From: Syntrophorhabdaceae bacterium
Lineage (GTDB): Bacteria; Desulfobacterota; Syntrophorhabdia; Syntrophorhabdales; Syntrophorhabdaceae
Length of the DNA stretch: 64,000 nt
Direction of reading: 5' to 3'
Assembly: GCA_963665295.1 (NCBI GenBank)
Contig: OY762209.1
Location: forward strand, 1,696,001-1,760,000
The number at the start of each line of letters is the position of its first letter. Within the stretch, counting starts at the first letter, position 1. This document shows positions 11,118 through 21,056 of the stretch, one piece after another. Position numbers and translations under genes: made by a program. The notes beneath the pieces are model-generated. The model searched no databases and was not told the origin of the DNA. It saw only the letters and a list, made by a program, of their open reading frames with translations.

Positions 11118-12113
11118 TTAACCTGCCTGTTCCACTGCCACTGCCACTGCCACCGTGGCGCCTACCATGGGGTTGTTTCCCATACCGAGAAATCCCATCA
11201 TCTCCACGTGCGCGGGTACGGAGGACGAACCGGCGAACTGGGCGTCGCTGTGCATCCGTCCCATGGTGTCCGTCATGCCGTATGAGGCGGGGCCGGAACC
11301 CATGTTGTCGGGATGGAGCGTCCTCCCTGTGCCGCCGCCGGAGGCTACGGAAAAATACCGTTTCTTCGCCTCATTGCATTCCTTCTTGTAAGTGCCCGCC
11401 ACGGGATGCTGGAACCGTGTGGGGTTGGTCGAGTTGCCTGTGATGGAGACGTCAACATTTTCATTATGCATGATGGCGACGCCTTCCCTCACGTCGTCCG
11501 CCCCATAGCAGTTTACCGCGGCCTTCTCACCCTTTGAATAGGCCTTGCGTTCCACGATCTCGAGTTGCCCGGAGTAATAATCGAATTTTGTCCTCACATA
11601 GGTGAACCCGTTTATCCTCGCGATGATCTGGGCCGCATCCTTCCCGAGGCCGTTCAGAATAACCTTCAGGGGTTCTTTCCGCACCTTGTTTGCCGACTTG
11701 GCAATGCCTATGGCGCCTTCGGCGGCGGCGAAAGACTCGTGACCCGCGAGAAAGGCGAAACATTTCGTATCCTCCCTGAGGAGCATGGCAGCGAGGTTGC
11801 CGTGACCCAGCCCCACTTTCCGGTCGTCCGCGACGGAGCCGGGTATGCAGAAGGACTGCAACCCCTCACCTATGGCCTCGGCGGCATCGGCCGCCTTGGT
11901 ACAGCCTTTTTTTATGGCGAGGGCCGCGCCCACCACGTAGGCCCACCCCGCGTTCTCGAAGGAAATGGGCTGAATCTCCTTGGCGATCGTGTATGGGTCT
12001 ATCCCTTTGCCGTCGCACAACTGTTTTGCTTCCTCCAGGGAGGCGATGCCGTATTTATTCAATGTTTTGGTGATCTGCTCTATCCTTCTATCGTAATTTT
12101 CGAACAATGCCAT
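11118..12113 (-). CDS. GGGtGRT family protein
   Basis: Signature SGGGTGRTLHPDN; typically paired with an upstream NifU-like gene. Confidence 0.92.
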   Translation of the reverse strand: MALFENYDRRIEQITKTLNKYGIASLEEAKQLCDGKGIDPYTIAKEIQPISFENAGWAYVVGAALAIKKGCTKAADAAEAIGEGLQSFCIPGSVADDRKVGLGHGNLAAMLLREDTKCFAFLAGHESFAAAEGAIGIAKSANKVRKEPLKVILNGLGKDAAQIIARINGFTYVRTKFDYYSGQLEIVERKAYSKGEKAAVNCYGADDVREGVAIMHNENVDVSITGNSTNPTRFQHPVAGTYKKECNEAKKRYFSVASGGGTGRTLHPDNMGSGPASYGMTDTMGRMHSDAQFAGSSSVPAHVEMMGFLGMGNNPMVGATVAVAVAVEQAG

Positions 12114-12125
12114 ATCCTGCCCTCC

Positions 12126-12818
12126 TCATTCATGTCTTGGATCGATTAATCGCTTCGCTTCGGCAACGCGGCCGTATGCGCCGGACGCCTTCTTGAGCGC
12201 CTCATTGGCATCCATGCCTTTTGCGATCATGTCCATCATCCTGCCCAGACTCACGAATTCGTAGCCGATTATTTCATTGTCCTCGTCGAGGGCGATCTTT
12301 GTCACGTAGCCTTCGGCCATTTCCAGGTACCTCGGGCCTTTGGCCACAGTGCCGTACATGGTGCCTATCTGGCTGCGGAGTCCCTTGCCCAGGTCTTCGA
12401 GGCCTGCCCCTATGGGAAGGCCACCCTCAGAGAAGGCGGACTGACTTCTTCCGTAGGTGATCTGGAGAAAAAGTTCCCTCATGGCCGTGTTGATGGCATC
12501 GCACACCAGGTCTGTATTCAAAGCTTCGAGGATTGTTTTGCCCGGCAATATCTCGGCGGACATGGCGGCCGAGTGGGTCATGCCCGAACAGCCGATAGTT
12601 TCGACCAGGGCCTCCTGGATGACGCCGTCCTTCACGTTCAGGGTCAGCTTGCAGCCGCCCTGCTGCGGGGCGCACCAGCCTATGCCGTGGGTGAAGCCGG
12701 ATATGTCTTTCACCTCTTTTACCTTGGTCCACTTCCCTTCCTGCGGTATTGCCGCCGGGCCGTGATCCGCACCTTTTGTTACAGAACACATATTCTGTAC
12801 CTCATGTGAGTAAATCAT
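12126..12818 (-). CDS. NifU/IscU-like Fe-S scaffold-domain protein
   Basis: WCAPQQGGCK, GCSGMTHS and LVCDAIN cysteine pattern; co-oriented 12 nt upstream of the GGGtGRT gene. Confidence 0.85.
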   Translation of the reverse strand: MIYSHEVQNMCSVTKGADHGPAAIPQEGKWTKVKEVKDISGFTHGIGWCAPQQGGCKLTLNVKDGVIQEALVETIGCSGMTHSAAMSAEILPGKTILEALNTDLVCDAINTAMRELFLQITYGRSQSAFSEGGLPIGAGLEDLGKGLRSQIGTMYGTVAKGPRYLEMAEGYVTKIALDEDNEIIGYEFVSLGRMMDMIAKGMDANEALKKASGAYGRVAEAKRLIDPRHE

Positions 12819-13091
12819 ACGTCTCTATCTCCCTCCTGTTGATATAATTTCCCGTGATCCGTGTTTCCCGGACAGGCCTGTCCCATCATGCCATGAAACC
12901 GCCCAGTGTAATATAATAATGGGAAATAAGCATCAATTTAAAGAAAAAACGTAAAGGAATGTGGAAAACCCCGGTCCGGGCGGCCCTGATCGTTTTTGGG
13001 GGCGGGTGATCACTCATTCAGACTTCCATTGACAAACCCGGTGCACTGTAATAAGAGAAGGTATGAGGCGCACTGATGATGGGCAGGGCCC

Positions 13092-13898
13092 ATGACGGAT
13101 GTCGGAGTCTATTCATATTTCGGTTATAGCCTTCCCTTCGACGAACGGCTGGAAACCATAAGGCAGGCCGGTTTCAGGATCACTTCCATCGGCCTCGGCG
13201 AAGAAGAAGAGCTTGTGCGGGCCGGCCGTGAGGACGAAATGCCCGGCCGGGCGCGGTCAAAGGGACTCTTCGTCGAATACGCCCATGCTCCGGACGACCT
13301 CTGCAACAAGCTCTGGTCCGACTGCGGGGAGGAGAGGCGGGAGACAAGGAGGAAATACGTCTCCTATGTCAATTTCTGCGAAAAACATTCCATACCGACC
13401 CTCGTGGTCCATGTAAGCAGGAGCAAGGGCGACCAGCCTGCGCCGCCGGGTGTTGAGGGGCTGCAGGTCCTTGAGTATCTGGTGAAACATGGCGAAGGCT
13501 CGAATGTGAGGATTGCCGTAGAGAACACGCAGAAGCCGGAGTACCTCGATTACCTCTTTTCCCGGATCAGTTCCCCCTGTTTCGGGCTATGCTACGACAC
13601 TTCCCATGACTTCCTCTACAGCCCCCAGCCTGGCCTCCTCCTCGAACGATGGGGTCACCTGCTCCTTGCCACCCACATTTCGGACAATGACGGTCTGGCC
13701 GACAGGCACTGGCTTCCAAAAGAGGGCGTGGTCGATTGGAACAAAGTGAAGGCCTGCTTCCCTCTCAAAACGTATGCAGGTTCGTTGAACCTGGAAATCT
13801 TTCCGAAAGCCCCTGAAAGCGAAAGCCCCCTCGGTTTTCTGAAAAGGGCTCATGAGAGGATTACGTGGGTAGAGGACATGTTGCGTGCCGGGCGGTGA
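13092..13898 (+). CDS. Sugar-phosphate isomerase/epimerase (xylose-isomerase-like TIM barrel)
   Basis: IAVEN, CYDTSH, HISDNDG, DRHWLP and LNLE motifs. Confidence 0.85.
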   Translation: MTDVGVYSYFGYSLPFDERLETIRQAGFRITSIGLGEEEELVRAGREDEMPGRARSKGLFVEYAHAPDDLCNKLWSDCGEERRETRRKYVSYVNFCEKHSIPTLVVHVSRSKGDQPAPPGVEGLQVLEYLVKHGEGSNVRIAVENTQKPEYLDYLFSRISSPCFGLCYDTSHDFLYSPQPGLLLERWGHLLLATHISDNDGLADRHWLPKEGVVDWNKVKACFPLKTYAGSLNLEIFPKAPESESPLGFLKRAHERITWVEDMLRAGR

Positions 13899-13954
13899 CC
13901 CGGTTTCCTCATGAAGGGGAATTTACCCCCACCCTTTGAGTACCCCTGGCTGCA

Positions 13955-15334
13955 TCAGCTCCAAATTTTCCCTGGATTCATGATATTGTGGGGATCGATC
14001 AGGTTTTTGATCTTCTTCATGAAATGTATCGCCACGGGATCAACGTATTTCGTGAAGAACTTTGCCTTTTCAAGACCTATCCCATGCTCCCCCGAGATCA
14101 CGCCGCCGAGGCCAAGGGCGGTTTCAAAGATTTCATCCATTGCCCGGATGGCCCGACTGTAGTGCCCGGTGTCGGTGATGTCGGTGAGGATGGCAGGATG
14201 CAGATTGCCATCCCCCGCATGGCCCAGGACGACGATCTGCAAATTGTGCCGTCGTGCGAGTTCTTTGCATTTTTCCGCCAGTTCCGGTATCCTGCCCCTC
14301 GGGACCGTAACGTCTTCCGCCAGGACCGTTTTGGCGGCTCCGAACACGGCGGCGAAGCCTGCTTTTCTGCCCATCCAGTATCTGTCGGCTTCATGGGCGT
14401 CTTTTGCCACTCTTACTTCCCGGGCACCATATGCGGCGGCTATTTCGGCGATCTTGCCGGTTTCCTGCCGGACCGCTTCGCGTTGGCCGTCGGTCTCCAC
14501 GAGAAGCACCGCGTCCGCATCCCGGGGCAGTCCTATTTGCATCATATCTTCGAATTTGTTTATGACCCAATTGTCGATAAACTCGATCTTTGCCGGAACG
14601 ACCCCGTTTTCAAGGATTCTGAAAACCGCTTCCCCGGCCGCCTTCGAATCGTTGAATACCCCCACGATTGTGTTTTTTGCAGGGGGAACCCTCATAATTT
14701 TCAATTCTGCTTGTGTAATCACACCGAGGGTTCCCTCGGAACCGATAAACAGGTGAAGCAGGTCATAACCGACTACGTTGTTCAGCGTTTTGCCTCCCAA
14801 ATGAACGGTTTCGCCTGTGGGGAGCACCACCTCGATGCCGAGGACGTATTGTTTGGTCACTCCGTATTTCAGGCAGGCCGGCCCTCCGGCATTTTCGGCG
14901 ATCATGCCTCCGAGGGTTGCGCTAAGCATGCTTTGAGGATCGGGCGGGAAGAAGAGCCCCTCCTTTGCGAGGGCCAGATTCAGATGCTGCAGGACTACTC
15001 CCGGTTCAACGCCGACGGTCATGCCCTCCGTGTCGATGTTCAGGATTCTGTTCATCCCGGCGACACACAGGACGATGCCGCCCTGAATGGGAACGGGACC
15101 CCCGCTAAGGCAGGTGCCTGCGCCGCGAGGCGTAACCGGAATCCTTGCTGCGCCGGCGATCTTCATCACCGACGCCACCTGCCGGACCGTCGTCGGGAAG
15201 AGGACCACGTCCGGTTCTTTCACCCAACTTGTCGTACCATCGTAGGAGTAGGCTTTCAAGGCCTCTCCGGAAAGAAGAATATTTTCCTTACCGACTGTTT
15301 CCGTAAGTTTCTTCAGTGTATCTTTTCCAATCAT
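13955..15334 (-). CDS. FAD-linked 2-hydroxyacid oxidoreductase (GlcD/D-lactate dehydrogenase family)
   Basis: PRGAGTCLSGG, FFPPDP, KYGVT, HAGDGNLHP, GEHGIG and NPGK; AGGAGG RBS before ATG 15334. Confidence 0.9.
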   Translation of the reverse strand: MIGKDTLKKLTETVGKENILLSGEALKAYSYDGTTSWVKEPDVVLFPTTVRQVASVMKIAGAARIPVTPRGAGTCLSGGPVPIQGGIVLCVAGMNRILNIDTEGMTVGVEPGVVLQHLNLALAKEGLFFPPDPQSMLSATLGGMIAENAGGPACLKYGVTKQYVLGIEVVLPTGETVHLGGKTLNNVVGYDLLHLFIGSEGTLGVITQAELKIMRVPPAKNTIVGVFNDSKAAGEAVFRILENGVVPAKIEFIDNWVINKFEDMMQIGLPRDADAVLLVETDGQREAVRQETGKIAEIAAAYGAREVRVAKDAHEADRYWMGRKAGFAAVFGAAKTVLAEDVTVPRGRIPELAEKCKELARRHNLQIVVLGHAGDGNLHPAILTDITDTGHYSRAIRAMDEIFETALGLGGVISGEHGIGLEKAKFFTKYVDPVAIHFMKKIKNLIDPHNIMNPGKIWS

Positions 15335-15447
15335 CCGAGGCCTCCTGCTCTTAAAGGGTGTCTGAAGTCCTTGATGAAGTATAGAAAAGGAACGAATTGC
15401 ATGACAATCACCCGAATGGGTGATATGAGGCAAGAAAAGAGGGGATA

Positions 15448-16290
15448 CTACTGGATCTTATAGGTTATCGGCAGCGTAACTACTACCCGGTGCGGCATTT
15501 TCTTGCGCATTACCGTGTTTTCCACCCCCTCTTTTGCGTTTTCGTCGAGGACGCTGAAACCGGAACCGCTCACTACCCTGACTTCCCTGGTAGCGCCGTT
15601 TTCAAGGACAACGAAGGAAAGGACCACCTTCCCCTCCAGGCCCATCCTTCTCGCCCGTTCCGGGTATCTGATGTTTTTCATTACCGTGTCGCGGATATAG
15701 TAATAATCGCTTCCCCCTTGAATCGCTTCCCCTTGACCATTGCCCGGCCCCCCGTTGCCCTTTCCGGAGCCCCCGGAGCGCGGACTGCCTCCTGTTCCTG
15801 TCCCTTCCGAACGTCCGGAGCCATGACCATCTTCGCGCCCCTCGCCGCCGGCAGACCCATAGGGCGGTATCGATGCCGCCGAATCCGCCTGGGGGGACGG
15901 GACTTGGTCCATGACAGGAACAACGGATTGCCTTCTTCCGGGATCGGGTGAAGCCGCCTGTCCGGAAGGGGCGGGGCTGCGGCTTGGAGAAGGCGCGTTT
16001 CTCTTCCCGCCCGGTCTCCCGCCCTCTTTTTGCCCTGGACCCTCCTTTACACTTCCCGGTCCCGTAACAAGCGTGAGGTCCGCCACGACGATTTCCGCAC
16101 CTTTGCGCGGCTCCGAGACCAGAACGGCGAAGATCAGTACGATGGAAAGATGAAGAATTACGGACACGGCCAAAGCGAAGTGAAGGTCCTTCATCCGTCC
16201 CGGGAGCGTATTCCGCCGCTTAGGGCGAAGACTTGCCATCCCGTCGCCTGCGACGGGGCAGCTTATCATGTCTGTTGCCGAGTTTCGCAT
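15448..16290 (-). CDS. tonB: Energy transducer TonB
   Basis: TM anchor SVILH, Pro/Gly-rich linker, C-terminal YPERARRMGLEGKV...SGSGFSVLD. Start codon uncertain. Confidence 0.85.
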   Translation of the reverse strand: MRNSATDMISCPVAGDGMASLRPKRRNTLPGRMKDLHFALAVSVILHLSIVLIFAVLVSEPRKGAEIVVADLTLVTGPGSVKEGPGQKEGGRPGGKRNAPSPSRSPAPSGQAASPDPGRRQSVVPVMDQVPSPQADSAASIPPYGSAGGEGREDGHGSGRSEGTGTGGSPRSGGSGKGNGGPGNGQGEAIQGGSDYYYIRDTVMKNIRYPERARRMGLEGKVVLSFVVLENGATREVRVVSGSGFSVLDENAKEGVENTVMRKKMPHRVVVTLPITYKIQ

Positions 16291-16460
16291 GTTCCTCAAA
16301 AATGTAACACTATCATATCCGGAGTCCTTCCACCTCCGTCCTAATCTATTACAAAAACGATTCCTTGTCAAAGAAGCTGTTGCCGCAGGCAATGGGCTCC
16401 TGCGGTTATGTTCCCTGCCGGGATTCATCACGACGAAAAGATTTGACATGGATATCCATG

Positions 16461-16489
16461 AATGCTACGATTCATGTGATAGTAGCATT
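16461..16489. promoter_or_regulatory. Putative NikR operator 1 (perfect dyad AATGCTAC-N13-GTAGCATT) abutting the nikR RBS
   Basis: Perfect 8-bp inverted repeat with a 13-bp spacer; same geometry as the GTGCTAC-N13 operators described for Geobacter NikR. Confidence 0.8.
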
Positions 16490-16499
16490 AAGGAGGGGT

Positions 16500-16916
16500 A
16501 TGTCGGAGCTTGTGCGATTCGGAGTTTCCTTAAGCAGAGAGTTGCTCGAAAAGTTCGACAGCCTCATCAGGGAGAGAAACTACACCAACCGGTCCGAGGC
16601 CTTCCGGGATCTCATACGCCAGGAACTGATAAAGAAACAGTGGCAGGAGGGAGAGGACATCGCAGGGGCCATTACCCTCATCTACGATCACCACAGGAAA
16701 GACCTTCTCAGCAAGATAACCGACATACAGCACAACTTTCAGACAACGATCATCTGCACTCAGCATATACACCTGGACCATGATAATTGCCTGGAAATAC
16801 TGGCGGTAAAGGGTAGCCCCGTCGAAGTCAAGAAGCTGGCCAATACCTTGACCTCAATCAAGGGGGTGAAACATGGAACCTTGAGCATGTCGGGCACCGG
16901 CGAGGCAATCGACTGA
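16500..16916 (+). CDS. nikR: Nickel-responsive regulator NikR
   Basis: RHH domain RFGVSL, NRSEAFRDLIR, YDHH and HIHLDHDNCLE; AGGAGG RBS. Confidence 0.97.
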   Translation: MSELVRFGVSLSRELLEKFDSLIRERNYTNRSEAFRDLIRQELIKKQWQEGEDIAGAITLIYDHHRKDLLSKITDIQHNFQTTIICTQHIHLDHDNCLEILAVKGSPVEVKKLANTLTSIKGVKHGTLSMSGTGEAID

Positions 16917-16939
16917 CCCGTGCTCTTTTTTTCTCCATG

Positions 16940-16966
16940 GTGGCACGATATATATAGTAGTAGCAC
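16940..16966. promoter_or_regulatory. Putative NikR operator 2 (GTGGCAC-N13-GTAGCAC)
   Basis: Same half-site and 13-bp AT-rich spacer as operator 1; upstream of the receptor operon. Confidence 0.7.
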
Positions 16967-17056
16967 CAAGTGGTTTTGTAGCTGGAGAATAGGACGGGCA
17001 GTAAAAAGAGAATCGAAGATAAATAAGGCTATTGGATGCCGGAGCAAAAATATGTA

Positions 17057-17083
17057 GTGGCACGATTAGTTATTTCGTTATAT
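17057..17083. promoter_or_regulatory. Putative NikR operator 3 (GTGGCAC-N13-GTTATAT)
   Basis: Left half-site GTGGCACGAT is identical to that of operator 2; 13-bp spacer; weaker right half. Confidence 0.55.
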
Positions 17084-17311
17084 GTGACCATCACGGAATC
17101 AGGTAGGTCGCATCGCGCCATAGAGGAACGGCGGGAAGCGGCCCGTGTTGCAGCCACAGGGTGAAAAGATACAAGTATCGGAGGAACAGGGTCGACCTTG
17201 GCGGGAGAACCCCTGCCCCCCCGATGAGAGAAAGCGATGTGTGCCACCGCCTGCCCTTTGTCTACCATTATAGCAGAGGAGGTGGTGAAGGAAAAGGAGG
17301 AGAAGGGTTTT

Positions 17312-19411
17312 ATGGGGAATATTGTCAAAATCATGATATGTCTTCTTGCCTTCGTCTTTGCCGTAAGCATACCGGCGCCGGCGCAAGAGCCGAAGAAAGG
17401 GCATGGGGAGGGGAAGATCAAAGAGGAAAAGGCTGCATTGGAAGAGATTACCGTGACGGCTCAGCCGCACGATAACCCGGCCGTTCCAATCGATACTCAG
17501 TACGGCACCCAGTACAATGTGGTGACGGAGGACCAGATCAAGGAGCAGAATTCATACGATCTCCCGTCCGCCTTGCGCGATGTGCCGGGTGTCATGTCTC
17601 AGAGCAGGAACATGATAGGAAGCCAGACGAGCCACAGCATTTACATCCGGGGCAGGGGCGCAAGCCACCCCGGTTCCGATCTTGTCATCGAGTTCGACGG
17701 CGCGCCCCGTTATGGCGCATTGTTCGGCCAGGCGCTCGCCGACGGCATTCCCGTAACCGCCATCGGGGGGATAGAGATTTTCAAGAGTCCCCAGCCCGCT
17801 CAGTTCGGAAGCGGTTACGCCCTTATCAATATCCTGCCTAAATACCTGACTAAAGAAGGGCGGGAGGCGGTGCTCAACTCCAGCGCAGGGAGTTATCACA
17901 CGTACAACGAGAGTTTTTCCACCGGCATCAGGAAGGGGCCTTTCGACATCTACGCCGCCCAGAGCTGGTTGCAGACGCAGGGGGATCGCGCCAATTCAGG
18001 CACCTGGCAGCAAAGCTATTACGCCAATACCGGTTACCGGCTTACGAACGAGTGGAATGTGAGGATACTGGCAAACTATGTAAAAGGCAGCACCGACGCT
18101 CCCATGCCGAACAAGATACCCAGCGCGACAAACGGGGTGAGCTGGCCTATGGCGGAAAGCTTCGACACGGAGACCTTTTTCGGCACCTTCACGGTGAACC
18201 ATAAATACGAGCACGCGACGGGCTACCTCAAGGCCTATGTGAACCGCACGGACTTTGACCTCCTGCAGGAATTAACGGGCAGCGGCCAGCGTTACGCAGG
18301 GGGCACCGGGGGTTTGAGGTCCCGTCAGGAGATCAGGCTTCAGGGATTCCGGGGCAGGGAGACACTCAACCTCTGGAAGAACGGGGAACTTCGGTTCGGG
18401 GCGGATTTCGATATGACCGATGTGGAGAACACAGAATCGACGTACAATGGAAACGCCGCGCCGGGGATCAACGGGGGCTTATGCAAAAGAGAGTGGAATT
18501 TCCCCAATACCAGGCTCTTCTCCCCCTATGCGGCCATAAGTCAGGCATTCGGCCGACCGGAGGGTTTCCACATCACCCCCTCCGCGGGGGGGCGCTATTA
18601 TGACCATAACGAGTTCAGGAGCAAGTCCGCGGGACAGGCAGGTGTGGTTGCGGGCTACGCCAATACCGATCTTCGCCTCAATTATTCCCGTGGCGTGAAC
18701 TACCCGACCCCCATAGCGCTCATGAATTTCGTGAACAGCGCTTCGCCTGTACCCAATCCCAGCCAATACTGGAAGGATCTGAAGCCTGAAGTCGTGGACC
18801 ATTATGAAGCGGGCCTGACCCATGCCTGGTCCACGACGGCTACCGCCTCCGCCACGGCCTTTTATGACAAAGGGAAGGACCGTTTCCAGGCCTATATGTT
18901 CGGACCCGTCCCCGTTCAGTTCAATGACCCCATCGGCGACTACGAGATCCGGGGGTTGGAGCTTGCGGGAACCGCAAAGCCCGCAAAGAACCTTGAGTTC
19001 TTTGCCGGAACCACCTGGATGCAGGCAAAAGCCACCGGCAGCAACGGGATTGAACGTGATCATATGCCTTATACTCCCGGCTTTCAATTACAGGCCGGCG
19101 CCAAATGGGCATTCCTTCGGAGCTTCCGGCTCTTCGCGGACATGCAGCATCTTGCCAATCTGTACCAGGGCACCGCGTCCCGGGCGGGCACCCTCAATAT
19201 CAGTAATCCGGGCTCTATCAACAAGCTGGACGACATCACCCTGTTCAATGCCCGTTTAAGCTATCATTTCGACTATAAACCGTGGCACTTCAGTGATTCG
19301 GAAGTCTTTTTGGCGGTAAACAACATCTTCAACCAGAGCTATGAATACGCCAAGGGCTACCCCATGCCGGGGACCACGATATTTGCGGGATTCATCGTGA
19401 AAGTGCAATGA
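17312..19411 (+). CDS. TonB-dependent outer-membrane receptor (probably nickel or Ni-chelate)
   Basis: Signal peptide, TonB box EEITVTA, plug LRDVPGV/IYIRG, C-terminal VNNIFN...GYPMPG; downstream of NikR boxes. Confidence 0.88.
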   Translation: MGNIVKIMICLLAFVFAVSIPAPAQEPKKGHGEGKIKEEKAALEEITVTAQPHDNPAVPIDTQYGTQYNVVTEDQIKEQNSYDLPSALRDVPGVMSQSRNMIGSQTSHSIYIRGRGASHPGSDLVIEFDGAPRYGALFGQALADGIPVTAIGGIEIFKSPQPAQFGSGYALINILPKYLTKEGREAVLNSSAGSYHTYNESFSTGIRKGPFDIYAAQSWLQTQGDRANSGTWQQSYYANTGYRLTNEWNVRILANYVKGSTDAPMPNKIPSATNGVSWPMAESFDTETFFGTFTVNHKYEHATGYLKAYVNRTDFDLLQELTGSGQRYAGGTGGLRSRQEIRLQGFRGRETLNLWKNGELRFGADFDMTDVENTESTYNGNAAPGINGGLCKREWNFPNTRLFSPYAAISQAFGRPEGFHITPSAGGRYYDHNEFRSKSAGQAGVVAGYANTDLRLNYSRGVNYPTPIALMNFVNSASPVPNPSQYWKDLKPEVVDHYEAGLTHAWSTTATASATAFYDKGKDRFQAYMFGPVPVQFNDPIGDYEIRGLELAGTAKPAKNLEFFAGTTWMQAKATGSNGIERDHMPYTPGFQLQAGAKWAFLRSFRLFADMQHLANLYQGTASRAGTLNISNPGSINKLDDITLFNARLSYHFDYKPWHFSDSEVFLAVNNIFNQSYEYAKGYPMPGTTIFAGFIVKVQ

Positions 19412-20283
19412 GGTCATTCTCTATGAGAAAAGGTGCATTATTTCTTGTTGTGGCGGCAATAGGGCTCCTATGTTTCTTTGGCGGCTGTTCCGATAAATCG
19501 AAAGACGAGGGCGCAACGGGTCCGCGTATTATCATGGCATCGGACACAATCCTGTCAGGCATGATCGCCTCTCTCCTGCCTTCCCATCGTTACCGCGTGG
19601 AAGCCATCCTCCCGCCCGGACAGTGCCCCGGCCACTATGATGTAAAGCTCACGGATATCGCGAAAATGAAGCAGGCTGTCCTCGTCGTCTCATTCAGGGA
19701 CATGCCCTTCATGGGCAAGGCCGTGGCGGACGGCGGAGCGCAGCTTCTTCTGGACACGGGCGGGCGTAACTGGATGGCCCCGGATTCCTATGTGTATGGG
19801 GTGGGCATCCTCGCCGATGAGCTTACGAAAGTATTCCCCGAAGACAAGGCCGCAATAATGACCGGGAAAGAAAGAACGGTCCGCGAGGTGAAAGCCGAGG
19901 CGGAGCGCCTCACTGAAAGGATCAGGCAGCGGGGACTAATAGGAAGGTCTGGTATCGCCTCCTTCATGCAGAAGGAAACGCTTGAGTGGATGGGCATCCG
20001 TGTGGTGGGGGAATACGGCAGACAGGAAGCGATGTCCACAAGGGAGGTTGTACGCCTTTGCGAAATAGGGAAAAATCACCATGCGGTCATGGTAGTAGAC
20101 AACCTCCAATCCGGCCCGGACACGGGGAAGGGAATTGCCGAGACATTGAAGGTGCCCCATGTCGTGCTGACGAATTTTCCATCGGAAAAAGGCTATCTCC
20201 CCACCCTCGAAGAGAACGTGGATGCCGTGCTGAAGAGCGTCGCGAAGATGACGCTGAATCCACTGCCCAGGGACCGGCCATGA
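19408..20283 (+). CDS. Metal ABC transporter substrate-binding lipoprotein (ZnuA/TroA-like)
   Basis: Lipobox-like FGGC, ILPPGQCPGHYD and WMAP; coupled to the ATPase and permease genes. Confidence 0.8.
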   Translation: MRSFSMRKGALFLVVAAIGLLCFFGGCSDKSKDEGATGPRIIMASDTILSGMIASLLPSHRYRVEAILPPGQCPGHYDVKLTDIAKMKQAVLVVSFRDMPFMGKAVADGGAQLLLDTGGRNWMAPDSYVYGVGILADELTKVFPEDKAAIMTGKERTVREVKAEAERLTERIRQRGLIGRSGIASFMQKETLEWMGIRVVGEYGRQEAMSTREVVRLCEIGKNHHAVMVVDNLQSGPDTGKGIAETLKVPHVVLTNFPSEKGYLPTLEENVDAVLKSVAKMTLNPLPRDRP

Positions 20284-21056
20284 GCGGGTACGTGATAGAA
20301 CTCAACGGCGTAACGGTCCGAAAAGGAAAAGGTTTGCTCCTGGACACCTTCAGCCTCGCCGTGTCGCAGGGCGAGTTCGTCGGGGTAATAGGACCCAATG
20401 GCGCAGGGAAGACTACCCTTCTCAATGTGATTGCCGGTCTTGAGAGGTTCGAGGGAACGGTCAATCTTTTCGGACGCCGCGAAACGTGGACTCGCTCCCG
20501 TAAAACGCGGCTCCGCGTCGGCTATGTCCCACAATCATTCCAGATTGATCCGGCCTTCCCGATGCGGGTGACTGAGGCGGTAATGACCGGTGCGACCGGC
20601 CGGATAGGACTCTTTCGCTCTCCCGGCAGGAGGGAGAGGGAAAGAGCTGCACGCCTGATGGAAACGATGCGTGTGGCCCATCTCGCGGACAGACCGCTCG
20701 GCCGGCTTTCCGGCGGTGAATTGCAGAAAGTCTCTCTGGCTCGGGCCATCCTTCAGAAGCCGGATATCCTTCTCATGGACGAGCCGACGGCAGGCCTGGA
20801 TATCGCCATCCAGAGGGAAGTCTTGAACCTCATAAATGAAATTCATGAGCGTGAATCCTTGACCTTGCTTTTTGTCACCCACGATTTCACAATGCTCCCC
20901 ACTGCGATGCGGCGCGCCGTACTCGTGAAACACGGGAAGACCGTTTTCGACGGTGACACAAGCGAGGCATTGTCGGGCGAGACGCTAAGCAGGCTCTTTC
21001 AGTACCCCCTTGAGACTTTTGAGCGAAAAGGGAGGAGGTTTGTTTCCTATGGTTGA
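20280..21056 (+). CDS. Metal ABC transporter ATPase (ZnuC-like)
   Basis: GPNGAGKT, GYVPQ, LSGGE, LLMDEP and VTHD. Confidence 0.92.
   Translation: MSGYVIELNGVTVRKGKGLLLDTFSLAVSQGEFVGVIGPNGAGKTTLLNVIAGLERFEGTVNLFGRRETWTRSRKTRLRVGYVPQSFQIDPAFPMRVTEAVMTGATGRIGLFRSPGRRERERAARLMETMRVAHLADRPLGRLSGGELQKVSLARAILQKPDILLMDEPTAGLDIAIQREVLNLINEIHERESLTLLFVTHDFTMLPTAMRRAVLVKHGKTVFDGDTSEALSGETLSRLFQYPLETFERKGRRFVSYG

Noticed and set aside
13029..13057. Sigma70 promoter before the TIM-barrel gene
   Set aside because: Perfect TTGACA but no good -10 hexamer at 16-18 bp spacing.
8305..15463. Long plus-strand ORFs 8305-10932 and 13988-15463
   Set aside because: Antisense to a clear hybrid kinase and a GlcD-family gene; a common artefact in GC-rich DNA.
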